From positions 65,466,258 to 65,530,257 of the forward strand of contig NC_090388.1 in assembly GCF_036365525.1 (NCBI RefSeq): a DNA stretch of 64,000 nucleotides, read 5' to 3'. Under the pieces are notes generated by a model. The model did not search any database, was not told the origin of the DNA, and saw nothing but the letters and a program-made list of their open reading frames with translations. Shown here one piece after another: positions 38,482 to 49,684 of this stretch (positions are counted from its first letter, which is position 1; each line of letters opens with the position of its first letter). The DNA comes from Heterodontus francisci. Lineage: Eukaryota. A program made the translations under genes and the position numbers.

Positions 38482-38727
38482 CTGTGAAGAAGAATTCCCT
38501 TGAGATGGTATCAGTGCTGCTACAACATGGGGCGCTTATAAACCGGCCCTGTGTTAGACGGTGGACAGCAATGCATGAAGCAGCCAAACAAGGGCATGAC
38601 AACATGGTAGCATTGCTACTGAGGAACAATGGGAGCGTTAATCAGAAGGATGGGTATGGAGTAACTCCTGTTGCCACCGCTGCTGCATTTGGACACTGCA
38701 GTGTGCTGGAGCATCTCATTCATAAAG
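38482..38727 (+). CDS. ASB15: ASB15 coding exon 5
   Basis: tctaag|[38 protein letters not shown]...[12 protein letters not shown]|gtacta, 246 nt. Confidence 0.95.
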
Positions 38728-38765
38728 GTACTATAAGAAAATGTCACTTGCATTAATATGGCATA

Positions 38766-39220
38766 CAGAAGAACATAAGGAGCAGGAGTAGACCATACAG
38801 CACCTTGAGCCTGCTCCACCATTCAATAAGATCATGGCTCGTCTTCTACCTCAACTCCACTTTCCCGCTCTATCCCCATATCCCTTGATTGCCTTAATGC
38901 CTAAAAATTTATCAATCTCCTCTTAAATATGCTCAACAACTGAACATCCACAGCCCTCCAGGGTAGAGAAAACCAAAATTTCACAACCCTCTGAATGAAG
39001 AAATTTGCCCTCACCTCAGTCCCAAATGGCTGACTCCTTATCCCAAAACTGTGACCGCTAGGTTAAGACTTTCCAGCCAGAGGGAAACGGTCTATCAGCA
39101 GTTACCCTATCAAGCTCTCTAAAAATTTTATACATTTCAATGAGATCATTTCTCATTCTTCGAAACTCCAGAAAATATAGGCCCCTCGCTCCTCATATCC
39201 CAGGAATCAATCTAATGAAC
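38766..39220 (-). mobile_element. CR1 3' end fragment
   Basis: AGAAGAACATAAGGAGCAGGAGTAGACCAT...CCATTCAATAAGATCATGGCT, the reverse complement of a CR1 3' UTR. Confidence 0.8.
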
Positions 39221-39286
39221 CTATAGGAAGTGTGACCTTTATGCAGGTTACTTATTTCATCATGGAATGCCTTGGTTTGTCTACAG

Positions 39287-39458
39287 GAGGTGATGTTCAT
39301 GCTCAAGCGGATGATGGTGCCTCAGTGCTTTTTGAAGCAGCAGAAGGCGGGAATCCAGATTGTATCACTGTACTGCTGGAGTATGGAGCCAATCCCAATG
39401 AACCGGACAACTCAGGCCTGCTTCCGATCCACAGAGCAGCACAGGAGGGACATTACTT
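39287..39458 (+). CDS. ASB15: ASB15 coding exon 6
   Basis: ctacag|[57 protein letters not shown]+TT|gtgagt, 172 nt. Confidence 0.96.
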
Positions 39459-39724
39459 GTGAGTCATAGAATAACTCATTAAAGCACCATGCATTGGAAC
39501 CAGTACCCTGCTTTGGCTTAGTTGGTTATCAGTTGTTAAACATACATGATTGGTCAGTCCTCTGATTGCTCAATGAGTTCATTCAGTGAGTAGCTAAGAC
39601 ATACAGATCAAGAAGGTTCCAGGTTTGGTCTGTGCTGGGTTAACCGAGCTGAGTAGGGACCCTATATTTGGCCTCTGTTCCTCTGGGCTAAGAAGCTGTA
39701 ATTTAGCATGGTTTTCCACTCTTT

Positions 39725-40397
39725 GGGCCAAAATTTTGTGAGGCCCCCTGAGGCGGAATCAGTGGTGGGAGTGGGCACAAAGTATCACAACAGATGGCTG
39801 GAGGACGTGACAGGGCAAAGGGCCTATCATCCAGAGATCTTCCTGGGAGTGGGATAGGCTGACGACAGCCTTCCCGCCCAGAGGCCAATTGAGGCCCTTA
39901 AGTGGCCAATTAACAGTCAATTACGGGCCTCTTCCCGCTACCACTGGGCTCTTACCAGTGTTGCGGGGGTGGGGGCTCCGCCACACTGGGAGGACGCCTT
40001 GTAAAATGAGGCACCCTCCCTGCGGGCTTGGGGGCAGGGTCCCTCATTCATGGGCAATTTGTGGGCCACAGAGGACCCCTACCTGGAACCAATACACCCC
40101 CCCCCCGGATCCTCCTCCCCCTGGATTGCATGACCAACCCACTCGCCGGGGCCAGTTCGGAAAGCCACAGTGACCCTGCCTCACCTACCTCTGTTCCAGG
40201 GTTCCACCGCTGATTCCAACACCTTTAAAGGGATGGGGTTCCCACCTCCTTAAATGGTGATTCAAAAAGACCGGAGGATTGCTCCGGGGGGGCGGGGCGG
40301 GTGCAGGCGGGTGAGGGCACAAAAAGGCAGAGGTGGGGTTCCCCCTGCTTTTTCAGCCTGGTGCCAGGAGCCTCCCCTCCAGCATAATATACAGCCC
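39725..40397. mobile_element. Harbinger-type MITE, diverged
   Basis: GC-rich block bounded by GGGCCAAAATTTT and AATATACAGCCC (imperfect TIR). Confidence 0.5.
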
Positions 40398-40875
40398 TTG
40401 GTCACTAGGAACATGTGTAGGCCATTCAGCCCATCAAGCCTGCCTCACCATTCAATACGATCATGGCTGATCATCCACTTCAATGCCTTTTTCCCATATT
40501 ATCCTCATATCCCTTTATATCATTGGTATTTAGAAATCTGTCAATCTCTGCTTTAAACATACAACACATTAAACAGCCAACTAGCCAGTGACTCCTGCTG
40601 CCAATGTGTTTGTCAGGTGGTCAGCACTCAGCTAGACTTGAAGCCCTATTATCAAGTAGCTTATTAAAATTCATCCTCAAAGCTCACACTTGATGACTGG
40701 TCACTGGCGGAGGTGTGATAGGAGGGGCACAAAACCATACTGCAGCCAGGTGAAACCACCCAGGAGAACAGAGAGAGGAAAAACTGACAAGAGGGGCAAA
40801 ATGCATATATTTCTGAGCAAAGTGAACAAGAGTCTTAGCCACATGACTGATGTATAACTATCAGTGACGAATAAA

Positions 40876-41624
40876 GGGCTGAAATTTGTTCTGGGGTTGG
40901 GACCCTGACATCGGGTGCATTTCCACGTCACAATCCCACGTCACGTTGTGTTGCCACCTAACGCGATTTTTAGCGAGCAGGCCAATTAGTGGCCAAGGTG
41001 CAAGCTCACCATCCAATTAAGGATGGTGGGTGGGCTTCCAAGGCTGGAGAGCCAATAGGAGGCCCACCAGCACCCAGAGAGCGGCAACCCCAGCGAGGTG
41101 GGAGCTGCCGATTTAGGGAACAGAGAGAGAGAGAGAGAGAGGGCATCACAAGATGAAGCGCCCTCTGAAGACTTTTTAAAAACCTAAAACTTAAAAGGCC
41201 ACAGCTGCCATGTTGTCATCATGGAGGGGAGACACTTCCGTATGGTGGCCTGTGGCCACAACTGCAGCCATCTCACAATCGCAGCCATGGAATGGTGGGA
41301 AGTTAAAAATGCTAGATGGACCACTGCTGCCCGGTCTGCCGCTGGGAGAGTGCCTCCATTCATTGGCTGGGATTCGGCCTCAGTGGGGTGCCAAGCTGCT
41401 GATTGGAAAATAACAGTTGGCATCTGCACAGTGGCCTTAATAAAACTTTTGAGAGGCATAATTTGCTACCAACCGCTTGCAGCTGTCACCCCGCTGAACC
41501 AGGATGTTCAAAAATGACCCAGAGACAGGAACCTGCTGGCAAACTAGCACACCAGGCGGTGGCAGGCTATTGCGTGCCTGTCCACCTTCAGCCCTGCCTC
41601 TGTGGTTGTTTAAAATTTCAGCCC
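40876..41624. mobile_element. Harbinger-type MITE, 749 bp
   Basis: Perfect 12-bp TIR GGGCTGAAATTT / AAATTTCAGCCC. Flanks AAA/AAG. Confidence 0.8.
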
Positions 41625-42040
41625 AAGGTATTCATTGTTTCTATTGAACAACTGATCTCAATTTTACATTAGGCAGAAGGAAATGTATTACCAATTCCTT
41701 GAATCAGATCATTTTGCTTCTTGCTCCATTAATGTTTGGTGAAACTGCTTTCGATTTTTGATCTAAAAATGAGCCAGAGTTGTCGTGCACCATTTTTGAT
41801 GCAATAATGTTATGTAACACTAATTCATTTCAGTGCATTTCTCTCATTGTGTCATGTCAAACCAGGATAAAAAGTTTACCAAAATCTTTTTTATAAAAAT
41901 AGCACCCATTAAATTTGTTTGGATGTTGGTTCACTTATCCTTAATGAGTACCTTTTAAGAAGATATTTTATTAATTTGATCACCATCTCATATCTGAGAC
42001 TGTGAATCCTTTAGCAGGAGGCTGCTGAACAGGCCAGGTG

Positions 42041-42085
42041 CTTACCTGGCAGGGGAGAAGTCTTGATACTGCTCCCAGGGCCGAG
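42041..42085 (+). other. U1 snRNA-like segment in the Tx1 5' UTR (not an intact U1 gene)
   Basis: CTTACCTGGCAGGGGAGA (18 nt) equals vertebrate U1 nt 4-21, followed by TCCCAGGGC(C)GAG as in U1. No Sm site or 3' half of U1. Confidence 0.6.
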
Positions 42086-42749
42086 TGTAAGTTCCGAGTT
42101 GCGAGTGTGACGATCTTGGACGACAGTGGCGGATTGAGGGCAGCGGCAGTGATGCCAATACTGTAACAACTCAACGTTTTGAGCTATGGCTGCTGCAAGT
42201 GCCCGAGCTCCAGGCCAAAGAGTGTACAATATTGTCAGGGTGACAGTGAAGACTTTGGATGAAGGTTTGCCCGTGGACCGCACCATTTCTGTGAAGTGGG
42301 TCCTCTTTGAGTGCTGTGGTTTTGAAACTGCGGACATCTTCTGCCTGCAGGATTTCCCCAGCAGCGGATACTTCGATGTGACGTTTAAAAACGTCACGGG
42401 ATGCATAAAACTCCTGAACGTCTTCAAAGAGAGACGAAGCCAGGCACCGCTGTCGATCCTCATCGCGGAGCCTTTGTGTACTCTGCCAATGCAACGGAAC
42501 CAGGTAGCGACCATTCACATGTACAAACCCAAATCGCTGTGGTGGATGTGCTCACCTTCTTCGGCAGATACACTGAGTTGGATGGAAACAGCATGGAGGT
42601 CAAGGACCCATTTGGGATCAAGACAAGCAAACGGCAGGTCAGGGTGATCTTGAAGGTGGATGCCAATGGAGCCATCCTCCACCATCCTTCCAGCTTTACC
42701 ATTGGAGGAAGTCGAGGTTATTTAGTGTACGCAGGGCAGCCCAAAGTGT

Positions 42750-44617
42750 ATACGAGAGTATACTTCTGACTGGTAGCATGTCAGAATCCATGAGGAAAGG
42801 CATCATCACCCTCATCTACAAGATCTACAATCCCAGGCAGAAGAGGCACTCAGGTTAAAACCTCCCTGTACATGGACGACGTCGCCGTCTTCTGCTCGGA
42901 TCCGCTGTCCGTTTGCAGACTGATGAGCATCTGTGACCAGGTTCGAACTGGTCTCGGGAGCCAAAGTTAACCAAGGCAAGCGCGAGGCCATGTTCTTTTG
43001 GAACTGGGCTGACCAATCCTTTGTCCCCTTTGCCGTCAGATCAGACTTCCTGAAGGTGTTGGGGATATGGTATGGAAGGGCCGATGTGTGCACCAAAACC
43101 TGGAAAGAGCCAGTAGCTAGGGTACACCATAAGCTGAGCATGTGGGAGCAGCGATCTCTCTCCATTGTGGATAAGAACCTGGTCATCAGATGCGAGACGC
43201 TCACGTTGTTGCTGTACGTGGCGCAGGTCTGGCCCATACCCCACTCCTGCGCTGTGGCGGTCACCCGAGCCATTTTCTGCTTCATCTGGGGATCCAAAAT
43301 GAACTGGGTCTGGAGGGACACGATGTTCAAACCTCTGGTTAAGGGTGTAAAAAATGTACCCAACATCGCCCTCATCCTGATGACCACCTTCGTGTGCGGC
43401 TGCATCAAGCTGTGCGTACACAAACAAAAACAAGAAATGCTGGAATCACTCAGCAGGTCTGGCAGCATCTGTGGAAAGAGAAGCAGAGTTAACGTTTCGG
43501 GTCAGTGACCCTTCTTCGGAACTGACAAATATTAGAAAAGTCACAGATTATAAACAAGTGAGGTGGGGGTTGGGCAAGAGATAACTGTGCGTAGATCCCC
43601 AATACGCAAAAACCAAGTGTCACTACGTGCTGAGGTTCTATCTGTCCCAGGTGTTGTGAAGGATGGCCTGGTCACATTGCCGCGGAACGCTTCATCCAGC
43701 TGGACCGTGCCTATCCTTTGTGGAAAGGTTTCTGCGGAAAAACACCTTTGACCACCAATCCATCAGGCAGTGGTCTGCACGGAATGTCCTCAAAGCCCTA
43801 CGGGAAAAGGAGATGGTGGATCCTGTCGGATGGTTCCCCGAGCAGACTGCCAAAGTCATTTAGCCTCATCACCAGAACTCTGAAACTCGCACCAAGATGT
43901 AGCTTGAGTTGTGGTGAGAAGAGCCCTCCCTGTCAGATCCTTCCTGCACGCTTGGAGTCTCACATCCTCCATACAATGCCCTCGAGGTGGCTGTGGTGGG
44001 GAAGAGACAGTTGCCCACCTCTTTCTGGAAAGTGTCTTTGCAAAACAGGTGTGGAAAGAGATGCAGTGGTTTTTGTTGAGGTTCAACCCAAGCAGCTCTG
44101 TAACACAGGAGTCTGTGCTCTACGGGCTGTTCCCGGGGATGCACACTGAGATAAACATCAACTGCTGCTGGAGGACTATCAATTCGGTGAAAGACGCCCT
44201 TTGGTCTGCCCGAAACCTGCTGGTCTTCCAGTGCAAAGAGTTGTCCACAACCGAGTGTTGCAGACTGGCACATTCCAAGGTCCAGGACTACGTGCTGAGG
44301 GACGCACTAAAGCTTGGGGCAGCCACAGCAAAGGCTCAATGGAGAAAGACCACAGTGTAAGGTCCCCCCACCAAGCTGAACTGAGGGGCTGGATCCATGG
44401 GAAACCCCTCGAACTGTATCCAGAAAATATTTGTTTACTGTAAACTGTACATGGCATGTAAAACGAAATGGAAGGGTTGTGAGGCAACTCACTCCTGTAT
44501 TGAAGGAAACTGATCTCCTTTGCACTTTTTGTATTGTTTGACTTGGTGCTTTTTGGAACTGTTTTGTAATGTATTTTTTACAGATTTTCATGAATAAAGT
44601 ATATTTTGGGAAAAAAA
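42750..44617 (+). mobile_element. Tx1 LINE inner copy: ORF2 3' part, 3' UTR, poly(A)
   Basis: RKGIITLIYK joined to SLYMDDV, SGAKVN and CPRGGCGGEETVAHLF. AATAAA at ~44593 and A8 tail. TSD AGCCCAAAGTGT at 42738-42749 and 44618-44629. Confidence 0.9.
43419..43584 (-). mobile_element. Penelope-derived mini-element with complete minimal hammerhead-like motif
   Basis: Minus strand reads AGTT-CCGAAGA-AGGGTCACTGACCC-GAAA-CGTT-AACT. 9-bp TSD CTGTGCGTA at 43410-43418 and 43585-43593. Confidence 0.8.
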
Positions 44618-46509
44618 AGCCCAAAGTGTGTCGCACCTGCAGCAAAACTGGTGATTTGGCCGTCAACTGCAGTGCAACCTTCTGCCAGAGCTCCAAGCAG
44701 GAAGGACATTTGACAAAGGACTGCAAAAAGAGCAAGTGCTGCAACCTGTGTGGGGAGGGTGGCCAGCTTTACAAGGCCTTCCCAAAACACTGTGCTATCT
44801 ATGTGCAGGCCATATAAGCAGGAGCATCAATCAGGGCTGCTGCAAAGGAAATTTGCACCCGACCCTCCACAAAGATCCTGAGTGCACAAGATAATGGGAA
44901 AGAGGGCATGGCATGCTAACAAAACGTAAAGGAGTTCAAAAATTGGCCAAACCCCTCCAGGGAAAGCAGAGTCGATGGAAGAGGAGGCAGCACCAAACAA
45001 GGAGAGTGGCAAATTGTGAAAAGTAAAAATACAAAGAAGAGAACAGAAAAGAAGGGGAGAGCTGCCCTGCAAACTAGCAGCAAGAAGCGGCTGATGTCCC
45101 AGACAGAGACCAGTGGCTGCTCCTTCTCGGGTGAGGAAGGGCACGAAAGCTATCACCAATAAAAAAAGCGGTAAAACACCAAGAAAGTGGAGGAGACAAA
45201 TGGCCCTCAGCTGAGAAACACTGGAATCAGCAAAGGGGAAAGGGAACATCTGCTTCGGGACGCCAGGAGCAGTGATGCGACCAGCGCCCCCCCCCCCACC
45301 CCCTCTCCCCAGCTCCAGGAATGTGGGAGCAGCAATGCAACCAGTGGCCCCCAGCTCCGGGATATCGTGAGCAGCAACGGCTTCGACGAGAAGCAGTGTG
45401 GAACAACAACATCATCTGAGCACAAGGCAACCCTTCCCGAGTGCACGACCCCCTTGACCTCACCCAGACTGAACAATGCTCCTGTGGCAGAGCAGGACTG
45501 GTTTCTCAGCCCTGCAAAAGTGCAACAGTTTGCAACCACAGGTATGCAGGGGCATACCCAAGGAGGTGGAACTTGCATAGACTTTCGGACTGGTAATCTA
45601 AAATCTTTAAAATGGTTTTAAAAATTGCCTCTATTAACCTGCATAGCGTTAAAGCCACTATGCAATGTGTTTCGACCTTGGGTTACCTGGACAAAATCAA
45701 AGCTGACCTGCTATTTCTGCAGGAGTGTGCGATCCCGCACCTCAGCACTTACAGACAATGGTCAAGGTGGTGGTCCCATGGGCTATCGATTTGGTCAGGG
45801 GGAAATGATTCCCATTCCTCTGGCCTGGGTATTCTGTTGCAGGGAGGCAACTTCACCATCTCCGAAGTTAAGGAGGTGGTGGTTGATCACCTCCTCGTAG
45901 CAGATGTAATGTACAACAATGCTCTGCTCTGGTTAAACGACGTGTACGACCCGGCTCAACACAGCGAGCAGCTGACCATCTTCCAGCAGCTCTCACTGCT
46001 GTTGGCGACATCCAGGCTGGTCATTCTAGGCAGTGACTTCAACTGCATCATCAATGCAGCTCGATGATCCGGCAGGAACATCAGCAAATTGGACGCCATG
46101 TCCAGACTCCTTTTACTGAAGCATCACACAGGGAAAAAAACTTGAGACAGAGACAAGCACTGTTGGCACAATAACCTTTAATCACAGCACATCAATATCA
46201 GTCATGGAGACACCCATAATACCAAGTCACTTTTTTATGCAATGTGCATATTGCAAAGAGAAGAAAATAGGGCAACAGAAGCCTCAACCCTTTGATATAA
46301 ATAAGAATAGAGAAGGCAGTAATCTCATCAAGAGGTGTCAGATTATATAGTTTGAGTCTTTATATGTCACCTGATCTCTGCGTTGAGATTATAATCTTCA
46401 TATTACATTAAAGTATCCTATTTTTTAAAAATCTATTGTCCCCTTTGACAGAGGTTTTATTTGTTTTTGAGTTAATTTCCACACTAACAGTGAGTGTTGG
46501 AGGGGCAAT

Positions 46510-47210
46510 GGGCTGTTTGTGAAATGCGTGTTATTGGTGAGCAATAATGTTTACATGAAAAGTTTGATGCAACATTGCAGGCCAGCAAAACAATTAAAAA
46601 TGCTAATAAAGCACTGGGATTTATTTCTAGGGGTAGAGAATTTGAAAGTAATGAAGTTATATTAACTTGTATAGTACCACACTGGAGTACAATATACAGT
46701 TCTGGTCTGCATAGTATTAAAAAAAGGGCATAGAAGCATTGGAGAAAGTACAAAAGAAATTTACAAGGATGGTACCAGAACTTGGAGATTACAGCTATCG
46801 AGAAAGATTGAACAGGTTGTTTTTTTTTCTATAGAGGAGACATGAAATCTTAAAATCTCTGAATGGGTTGGGCAGGGTAGATGTGGAGAAAATGTTTGTG
46901 CTTGTGGGAGAATCCAAACTAGGGGTTATAAATGCAAGATAGTTAAGAATAAATCCAATAAGGAAACATTTCTTCACTCAGAGAGTGGTTAGAATGTGGA
47001 ACACACCAGTACAGGAAATGGTTGATGTAAATAGCTTAGATACTTTCAAAAAGAAACTAGACGAGTCCATGAGAAAAAAGGGAATAGAAAAATATGTTGA
47101 AAGGCTGAGATGATGTAGATGAAACAGGAGAAGACACGTGTAGAGTACAGAACCACACACACTGGTTGGGCTGAATGGCCTGTATCTGTGTGTATATTGT
47201 ATGTAATTTA
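46510..47210 (+). mobile_element. Old CR1 3' fragment
   Basis: CCACACTGGAGTAC..CAGTTCTGGTC, CTTCACTCAGAGAGTGGTTAGAATGTGGAA and GGGCTGAATGGCCTGT tail. Confidence 0.8.
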
Positions 47211-47351
47211 TATATCGTTGAGACATCATTTGCAATCGGTTATCAGGGAATTCCATTGATAATGGAATGGTCAATTCCTGAATTCTTTCTGCAAAGATCA
47301 AATTCTAATTCATCTGTAATCTTGTGCTTGATGCTATATTTTCATTTGCAG

Positions 47352-47889
47352 GGCCCTGAAACTTCTCATTCTGGTTACTTGGAAATCTGCAATAAAGAGA
47401 AGTGGGATAAATCCAATCCATTCTGCTGCTGAAGGTGGCAGTGCCCAGTGCCTCGAATTACTGATTGAAAGTGGATTTGACGTTAATGCACTTTTAGATG
47501 AAGAGATCGCCAAAAGCTATGATGACAAACGGAGAACCGCTCTGTTTATTGCCGTGTCTAATAATGATATTGCATGCACCGAACTCCTGCTGAAAGGGGG
47601 CGCATTACCAAACAGAGATCCACTGTCCTGCCTCCTTGTAGCAGTAAGAGCGGGGAATCATGAACTGGTGCGTTTGCTTCTACGTTATGGTGCCAATGTC
47701 AACAGCTACTTCATGCTGATTAATGACACTCACTTTCCCACTGCTATCCAGTATGCTGTAAATGATGAAATGATGCTGAGGCTCTTGCTCAATAACGGCT
47801 ACAATGTGCCGATGTGTTTTGACTGCATACACTCTGATGGCAGGTTTCTTCCCTGGCCTATGATTGAACCAAAGTCCTATATCACCTCA
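47352..47889 (+). CDS. ASB15: ASB15 coding exon 7
   Basis: ttgcag|[45 protein letters not shown]...[17 protein letters not shown]...[25 protein letters not shown]|gtaagt, 538 nt. Confidence 0.95.
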
Positions 47890-48074
47890 GTAAGTAACCC
47901 ACTCCTAGTTCGTATTGCATAGTAAGGGATTTGAAAAAAGAATTGTAGCAACCCTTTTAGAATGAATTGGTTTTCCAATGCAATCATATAAAGTGACCAC
48001 AGTCACTGGAATTCAAAGTAATTCAGTGCATGTGAAGTGTTTGAGAAGTTTCTAAGAGATGTGATAAGGTAAAA

Positions 48075-48510
48075 GAAAAAAAAAACTTGCATTTTTATAA
48101 CAACTTTCATGACCTCAGACTATTCTAAAGTACAGCCAATGAAGTCCTTTGAAGCATATTGTAATATAGGAAAATACAACAGCCGATTTGCCATTTCCTA
48201 CAAACAACAATGAGATAAATATCAATTAAAATATTTTGGTGGTGTTGGTTCAGGATTAAAAGCTGCTTAAGTCGCCATGAAAAATCCCCAGCTTTTCCTT
48301 TAATAATGCTGTTGGATCTTTTACATCCACCTGAGAGGGCAGATGGATCCCTCATCCGAAAGACGACACCCCCGACGGTGTAGCACTCCTTCAGTACTGC
48401 ACTGGAGTGCCAGTCTGGAATATGTACTCAGGTTTCCAGAGTGGGAGCTTGAACTCACAACCCACTGACTCAGAGGCGAGAGTATGAGCACCAAGCCAAT
48501 GCTGACAACC
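48075..48510 (-). mobile_element. DeuSINE (SacSINE1-like), near full length
   Basis: tRNA-like head (CTCGCCTCTGAGTCAG..GAGTTCAAG), Deu domain (CCAGTGCAGTACTGAAGGAGTGCT...GTCTTTCGGATGAG...CTGCCCTCTCAGGTGGATGTAAAAGATCC) and L2/CR1-type tail. Confidence 0.8.
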
Positions 48511-49684
48511 AATGAATTTGCTTGATCAGGCAATAATGCACTGCAGAAATAATGCACTGCAGATTAACTAATGTTACTAATGTCCCCTGGTGGCTTGGAA
48601 TGAACTTGAAACAGAAAAGTTCAGGATTGTGCGGACCGAGACTGCTGCTGGCCAAGGTTGGCTCCAGGTTGGCTTCCCTGGTGAAGGCAGATTTCCTCAG
48701 ACATTTTTAAGTAGATGTGCCTCGGCTTGTAGTTACAGCTGCATAGGTAAGGATGGGTGTTGTCAGTTTGCATCTGGTACATTTAACTTGCCTCATTTCC
48801 CCTATCATATTCATCCTCTTCTGTTATGAAATGAGGCATGGTTGATAGATAATTTTATAGTAAAGGATCCTCTGGGGGAGAGTGATCATAATATATTAGA
48901 ATTTCATATTACATTTGAGAGTGGTATGGTTAATCTCAAAACTAGAGTCTTAAATTTAAATAAACAATGGCAAAGATTTAAATAAATAATTCATAATTCT
49001 CAATGAATATACATTCCCTTGAGGAATGGAAATGTGGTATATCCATGGCGAAGTAGAAACGATAAGGATATTACTGGATGTAAAGAAATTTACAATGTTG
49101 CTAGTGGTTTGGGAGTAGTAAGCTTGTAATTTGGTAGGGTTTTAAAAGTCAGCAAAGAATGACCAAGAAATTGATAAAGAGAGAGAATCTAGAATATGAA
49201 AATAAACTAGCAAGAAATATAAAAGAACTTTTACAAGTATGCAAAAAGGAAGAGATTGTGAAAATAAACATGGGTCCCTCAGGCAGAGACAAGAGAACCT
49301 ATAATGAGGGATAACAAAATGGCTGAGGTGTTAAACAAATAGATTTTGTCTGACTTCATAGTAGAAGCCACAAAAGCCACAAAATTCGATAGGGCCTAAA
49401 AACAGTACAGGGATTGTAATGTGCTATTAATCTGCTTCTGTTCCTTCCAATACAGAGAGCTTGCAAACTTCATGCTGCCTGCTCATTTACCGGATTATAG
49501 TGTATAGCTAGCACTAATTGCATGGTTGAGTGGCTGCACCCCTGAGCGGGCGATGCTAACAAGTTCAAGCTAGCCTTCACTGTTTAAAGCCAGTGTGTAT
49601 CTCTCAAATGGGAGCTGCATTTTATCTGGAGCAGGTGCTGGGAGAGGCTGGGGGAAAGTGTCTGGCCCGCAAGAAGAGTAACTA

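Larger units (their letters stand above)
42013..46110 (+). mobile_element. Tx1 (L1-clade) LINE, outer copy: 5' UTR, ORF1 (ZCCHC3-like with zinc knuckles), ORF2 endonuclease; 3'-truncated
   Basis: ORF1 starts at 42186 (IFCLQDFPSSGYFDVTF ... YAGQPKV) and resumes at 44620 (PKVCRTCSKTG.., CNLCGEGG). ORF2 starts at 45612 (LKIASINL, LFLQE, VILGSDFNC). Confidence 0.88.

Noticed and set aside
42041-42200. Functional U1 snRNA gene
   Set aside because: Only the 5' ~45 nt resemble U1. The U1-70K loop, stem-loop II loop and Sm site are missing, and the sequence continues into Tx1 ORF1.
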